A stretch of 64,000 bases of DNA from Macrostomum lignano (lineage: Eukaryota): the NCBI GenBank assembly GCA_002269645.1, contig NIVC01001297.1:1-64000 (forward strand), written 5' to 3'. This document shows positions 59,751 to 64,000 of the stretch, piece by piece. Each line of letters opens with the position of its first letter. The stretch's first letter is position 1. The notes beneath the pieces were generated by a model. That model ran no database searches and was not told where the DNA came from. It worked only from the letters and a program-made list of their open reading frames with translations. Both the position numbers and the translations under genes were made by a program.

Positions 59751-60956
59751 GTGCAGACTGCTAATCCGAAAGCGCTGACCTTCAAATGTCCTCTATCACG
59801 CCTCAACGCTCCGCAGTCCGAGCACAATCCCTGCGTACCGGCGTTCACCCTGCGAGCTCTGAGCTCCCCGGTGACGGCGCTGGCCTGCCTCACTGCACCA
59901 TCTTCATCGATCAGTGGCGGCCAGCTACTGCTGCTGTCCGGACATCAGTCCGGCGATCTGGCCTGCTGGGATCTGCGAGTCCGCCGACCAGCGGCCACTC
60001 GATCTGGAGCTCATTCTGCCGCGGTTTTATCGATTCATTTTATTCCTAGCCTACTTGCAGTAGTCAGTCAAGGCCGCGACGGTGTTATTTCGGTGTGGCG
60101 CGTTGATTTCAGCGCCAAGGCTGGAGAGCAGCGCCTTCTTGGGCCGGAGCTGCGCCTCACCGATGCTTGCGATTTGACGTTTTGCCGGGCTGTTGCTACT
60201 CCGTGCTGCCTGCTGTATCCGGGCGCTGGCGGTCACTCGCTGCGTTGCCGCCTGTTCCACGCGGATGTCGCCGCTGGAGCCTCGGTTGGAGAAGCGGAAG
60301 TCTACGCTATTGATAAGGCTGAACTGGGAGTCTGCATGGCGCTGGCTCTGGTGGCAGCGGAGGCTTCCGCCCCATCCTCCGAGCCTACCGCCCCCTCCTC
60401 CGCCCCATCCGCCGATCCTTCCGCCCCATCCGCCGATCCTTCCGCCCCATCCGCCGATCCTTCCGCCCCCTCCTCCGCCCCATCCGCCGATCCTTCCACC
60501 CCACCTGCCCCCCTGTTCCTGTCCGGCTACGAGAGCGGACACTGCGAGCTGATACGCTGGCCAACCCGGCTGTGCCGAATCCGCCTATTCGAAGAGCCGG
60601 TCATGGCCATAGACTACAGCGCCTCGGCTGGCCGGGCAGTGGCCGGCTCGGCCACGCCGGACTTGGCCCTGCTGGGCGTCACCGACCGGCTGAGGGTGCG
60701 CGGCCGAATCGCCGCCCCCAGTCCGGGCGTCGGCTGCCTCGCCTACCGGCCAGACGGCCGCCTGCTGCTGTCGGCCTCCTGGGATTCGCGGATTCGCCTG
60801 TACTCCGGCAAATCCTGCCGCCAGCTGGCCGTACTGTCTACTCACAGTAGCAGCGTTAGCGCGCTGGCTTTCAATTCGACTAATGGCTGCTTTTATAGCG
60901 GCGATAAAGAAGGACTGATTTGCGCTTGGGAGCTGTACGCCCACTCGGGGCACTGA
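59751..60956 (+). CDS. GNB1L: GNB1L/Asa1-like WD40 protein; true start uncertain (possible acceptor near 59816)
   Basis: PAFTLR..SPVTAL, SQGRDG, GYESG, LAYRPDGRLLLSASWDSRIRLY, RQLAVLSTHSSSVSALAF. Confidence 0.8.
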   Translation: MQTANPKALTFKCPLSRLNAPQSEHNPCVPAFTLRALSSPVTALACLTAPSSSISGGQLLLLSGHQSGDLACWDLRVRRPAATRSGAHSAAVLSIHFIPSLLAVVSQGRDGVISVWRVDFSAKAGEQRLLGPELRLTDACDLTFCRAVATPCCLLYPGAGGHSLRCRLFHADVAAGASVGEAEVYAIDKAELGVCMALALVAAEASAPSSEPTAPSSAPSADPSAPSADPSAPSADPSAPSSAPSADPSTPPAPLFLSGYESGHCELIRWPTRLCRIRLFEEPVMAIDYSASAGRAVAGSATPDLALLGVTDRLRVRGRIAAPSPGVGCLAYRPDGRLLLSASWDSRIRLYSGKSCRQLAVLSTHSSSVSALAFNSTNGCFYSGDKEGLICAWELYAHSGH

Positions 60957-61019
60957 GCCTCGGTGACTGGGTTTGCGCTTGCGCTTTGGATTTTGACTCC
61001 TTCAGCCGTTTTAGCGGTT

Positions 61020-61945
61020 TTCTCATCCGCGCCTGTTCTCCTACTCATCCGCCCCTGTTCTCCTACTCACCCGCCCCTGTTCTCCTACTCATCCGCCCCT
61101 GTTCTCCTACTCATCCGCCCCTGTTCTCCTACTCATCCGCCCCTGTTCTCTTACTCATCCGCCCCTGTTCTCTTACTCATCCGCCCCTGTTCTCCTAATC
61201 ATCCGCCCCTGTTCTCCTACTCATCCGCCCCTGTTCTCCTACTCATCCGCCCCTGTTCTCGTACTCATCCGCCCCTGTTCTCCTACTCATCCGCCCCTGT
61301 TCTCCTACTCATCCTCCCCTGTTCTACTCATCCGCCCCTGTTCTAACTCATCCGCCCCTGTTCTCCTAACTCATCCGCCCCTGTTCTCCTACTCATCCGC
61401 CCCTGTTCTCCTAATCATCCGCCCCTGTTCTCCTACTCATCCGCCCCTGTTCTCCTACTCATCCGCCCCTGTTCTCCTACTCATCCGCCCCTGTTCTCCT
61501 ACTCATCCTCCCCTGTTCTCCTAATCATCCGCCCCTGTTCTCCTACTCCTCCTAATCATCCGCCCCTGTTCTCCTACTCATCCGCCCCTGTTCTCCTACT
61601 CATCCTCCCCTGTTCTCCTACTCATCCGCCCCTGTTCTCGTACTCATCCGCCCCTGTTCTCCTTCTCACCCGCCCCTGTTCTACTCATCCGCCCCTGTTC
61701 TCCTTCTCATCCGCCCCTGTTCTCCTTCTCACCCGCCCCTGTTCTACTCATCCGCCCCTGTTCTCTTACTCATCCGCCCCTGTTCTCCTCATCAGCCCCT
61801 GTTCTCCTCATCAGCCCCTGTTCTCTTACTCATCCGCCCCTGTTCTCCTCATCAGCCCCTGTTCTCCTCATCAGCCCCTGTTCTCTTACTCATCCGCCCC
61901 TGTTCTCCTCATCAGCCCCTGTTCTCCTCATCAGCCCCTGTTCTC
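61020..61945. repeat. 22-bp C-rich minisatellite
   Basis: TCATCCGCCCCTGTTCTCCTAC units; related units at 58200-58360. Confidence 0.96.
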
Positions 61946-62168
61946 TATCATAATTTTGATAATTAACTATTGTCTTATCGAATTTCACGAGCAATTCAAA
62001 TACAACTATAAAAATGCATTTTTGTAAATTGAAAATAAAGTTTTTTGTCAACTGAAAGTTCAGCTGAATTTGTATCTGCTAAGAATTCCAATTCAAGTGA
62101 ATTTAAATAACAATAAATACAGTTTTTAAGCTTCAATTACTGAAGGAAATTCCTTCATATTATTATTA

Positions 62169-63486
62169 CGAGGGGTGATCAAAAAGTTCTGCAAGTGACC
62201 TCACAACTCTGTGCTACAGCAGCCGAGGCGTCTAATCAGTGTCACATTCCCTTAAAGTACTTTCCACCACTATCTATGCACCATCGCAATGCGTATGCAC
62301 CATGTCTGAAAGCAGTCATGGTACTCCGAAGTTGGTATACCCTGTAGAGCTGAATTTACCGCTTGGGCAAGGTCTTGCATGCGTGAAAACGGCCTCCCAG
62401 AAATGACGGATTTGATCCTCGGGAACAGCCAAAAGTCGCACGGTGCTAGGTCTAGAGAGTAGGGTGGATGGGGCAGCAGCCGGACCCCCTGCTGCTCCAG
62501 GTACGCCATGGTTGAGGCCGCTCTGTGCGGTGCCGCATTGTCATGGTGCAGCAGGAGTCGAGGTCCATGCCTAGTTCGCGCACGTTCCTGCCGCTCCTGC
62601 AGCACGCCTGGCAGAACAGTGTCTGTGTAGTACCTGGCAGTCACTGTGGCACCCGCTGGAAGGATGTTCACCGCTACAACACCCTGAGAGTTGAAAAAAT
62701 GGTGAACATCCGCTTCGGACTGCGGAATCCGGTCTTCAGCACCTCAGGCCTTGGCTCATCTTCTGCTAGCCAGACCATGTTGGACTGCTTATCCTTCATG
62801 GTAAAGAAGGAGATCCAACATTCGTCTCCTGTGATGACATCCGACAGTTGTCGTGGGCCGTGGGGCTCAAACATTTGCAGCCACAAGCGACAGATGCGCA
62901 CCCTCTCTGCTTGCTGCTCCGGAGTGAGAAGATGGGGTACCCACCGAGCGCAGGTCTTTGTGCGGCCCAGTTGCTCATGCATGATGTTATGGGCACTTCC
63001 ATAGCTGACACCAAGCTCATAGGCAATGAATCTCAGCATAATGCTCCAATCCTCACGAATTATTGCATCGGCATGGGCCACGACATCTTCGGTCACAGAT
63101 GTCCGGGGTCGGCCAGACCTCGGTTCGTCGTTGAAGCTGTCCCAGCCTTCCAAGAAATGGCGCAGCCAGCGGGCAACCGTGTCAAATGATGGAGCAGAGT
63201 CAGCTAAAACATTCACCAGATCGGTGTGAGTCTCAGTCACTTTGCAACCAAGTTGCATGCGCATAAAGATATAGAAGCGAACACTGTCTTTTGATGTTTC
63301 CATCAGCTACTGAAAACACATGGAAAATATATGGCTGTGAAATTTTACTGGAGCACATTTGGAAGCCAAAAATGCATATAAATATAGCAAACAGATATAG
63401 CCGCATATGTGTAAGTTTTTGGCTTTTGCCGATTCTATAACTAAAAGCTATAACAAAAGGTTGCAGAACTTTTTGATCACCCCTCG
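62169..63486 (-). mobile_element. Full-length mariner element (irritans/Hsmar2-like TIR), 1318 bp
   Basis: Perfect 26-bp TIR CGAGGGGTGATCAAAAAGTTCTGCAA with TA TSD. Confidence 0.95.
62242..63303 (-). pseudogene. Mariner D,D34D transposase with two single-base frameshifts
   Basis: WVPHLL, ITGDECW, HDNAAPH, PYSLDLAPCDFWLF; -1 in the A-run at 62694-62699 and +1 near 62290. Confidence 0.9.
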
Positions 63487-63542
63487 TATTAATAATATCC
63501 ATAGTGCTAATAGGAAAGAACTAAATAAAATTTTAATGACAG

Positions 63543-63644
63543 CTCAGAACTGCACGGCAGATTGTGTGCTTTTATATTATATCGCAAGTATATTGTGCAC
63601 ACACTGCTGGGCTGATGCTGTGGGCTATGAAGAAGCATGCGCTG
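63543..63644 (+). CDS. Unassigned Cys-rich coding exon
   Basis: GACAG acceptor, 102 nt, phase 1-1, QNCTADCVLLYYIASILCTHCWADAVGYEEACA; the GTTAAT donor is weak. Confidence 0.45.
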
Positions 63645-63716
63645 GTTAATTAAACTTTGCAAGGAATGAAATAACGATGAGGGAATCCTTTGCTTTGCTT
63701 CCTTACCTGTGTGTAG

Positions 63717-63926
63717 GGAATTGTAGGAAACTTGTCAGCAGATTGATGGGTGATGCAACCCGGACAGGCTCCCTGTATTCGCAGCCTTGTGTTATCAAAC
63801 TGACAACCGCCGGCCGGACAAAGGTCCCGTCCGAGCTCTCCATGCAGGAGGCCCAAGCGCGCGTGTCAAACGCTCTTCAAGTATTCAAACATTGGTCGAG
63901 CTCAATACTTGCCACCACCACTCAGG
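63717..63926 (+). CDS. Unassigned coding exon, gene probably continues beyond the window
   Basis: GTGTAG acceptor and GTAAAC donor, 210 nt, phase 1-1, open frame NCRKLVSRLMGDATRTGSLYSQPCVIKL... Confidence 0.5.
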
Positions 63927-64000
63927 GTAAACACTATTATATATATATTAGATATAAAATTGGTAAGGTTCATAGAGCTAGTGCTTATATTAGTCTGAAC

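Noticed and set aside
60963-61346. (PVLLLIRPCSPTHPPLFSYSSA)n ORFs
   Set aside because: 22-bp minisatellite read through three frames.

Overview
Eukaryotic (metazoan) genomic DNA. GC-rich exons sit in AT-rich sequence crowded with minisatellites and MITEs, a style suggestive of a free-living flatworm such as Macrostomum (inference only). Host genes: an intronless innexin (+), a BTB/POZ protein (-), a GRXCR-like glutaredoxin/Cys-rich protein (-), a 6-exon TM7SF3 ortholog (-) reconstructed by hand, an SLC46-type MFS transporter (+) head-to-head with it, a 4-exon ENPP4/5-like enzyme (-), a 3-exon BAK-like Bcl-2 effector (+), a GNB1L-like WD40 protein (+) and two unassigned Cys-rich exons at the right edge. 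Mobile DNA: a gag+protease-only Gypsy LTR element, a near-complete mariner, Tc1 and Merlin transposase remnants folded into palindromes, Harbinger, hAT, P-like and Merlin-like MITEs with target-site duplications (some nested), and Helitron-like elements. The most interesting locus is a 5'-truncated Penelope-like retroelement (50397-52665, -). Its Zn-finger/GIY-YIG endonuclease appears to be nested before the C-terminal thumb/linker segment, its 3' region carries a minimal hammerhead ribozyme, and it is flanked by an ~190-bp direct duplication of a purine tract. No CRISPR, rRNA or intact tRNA genes were seen.
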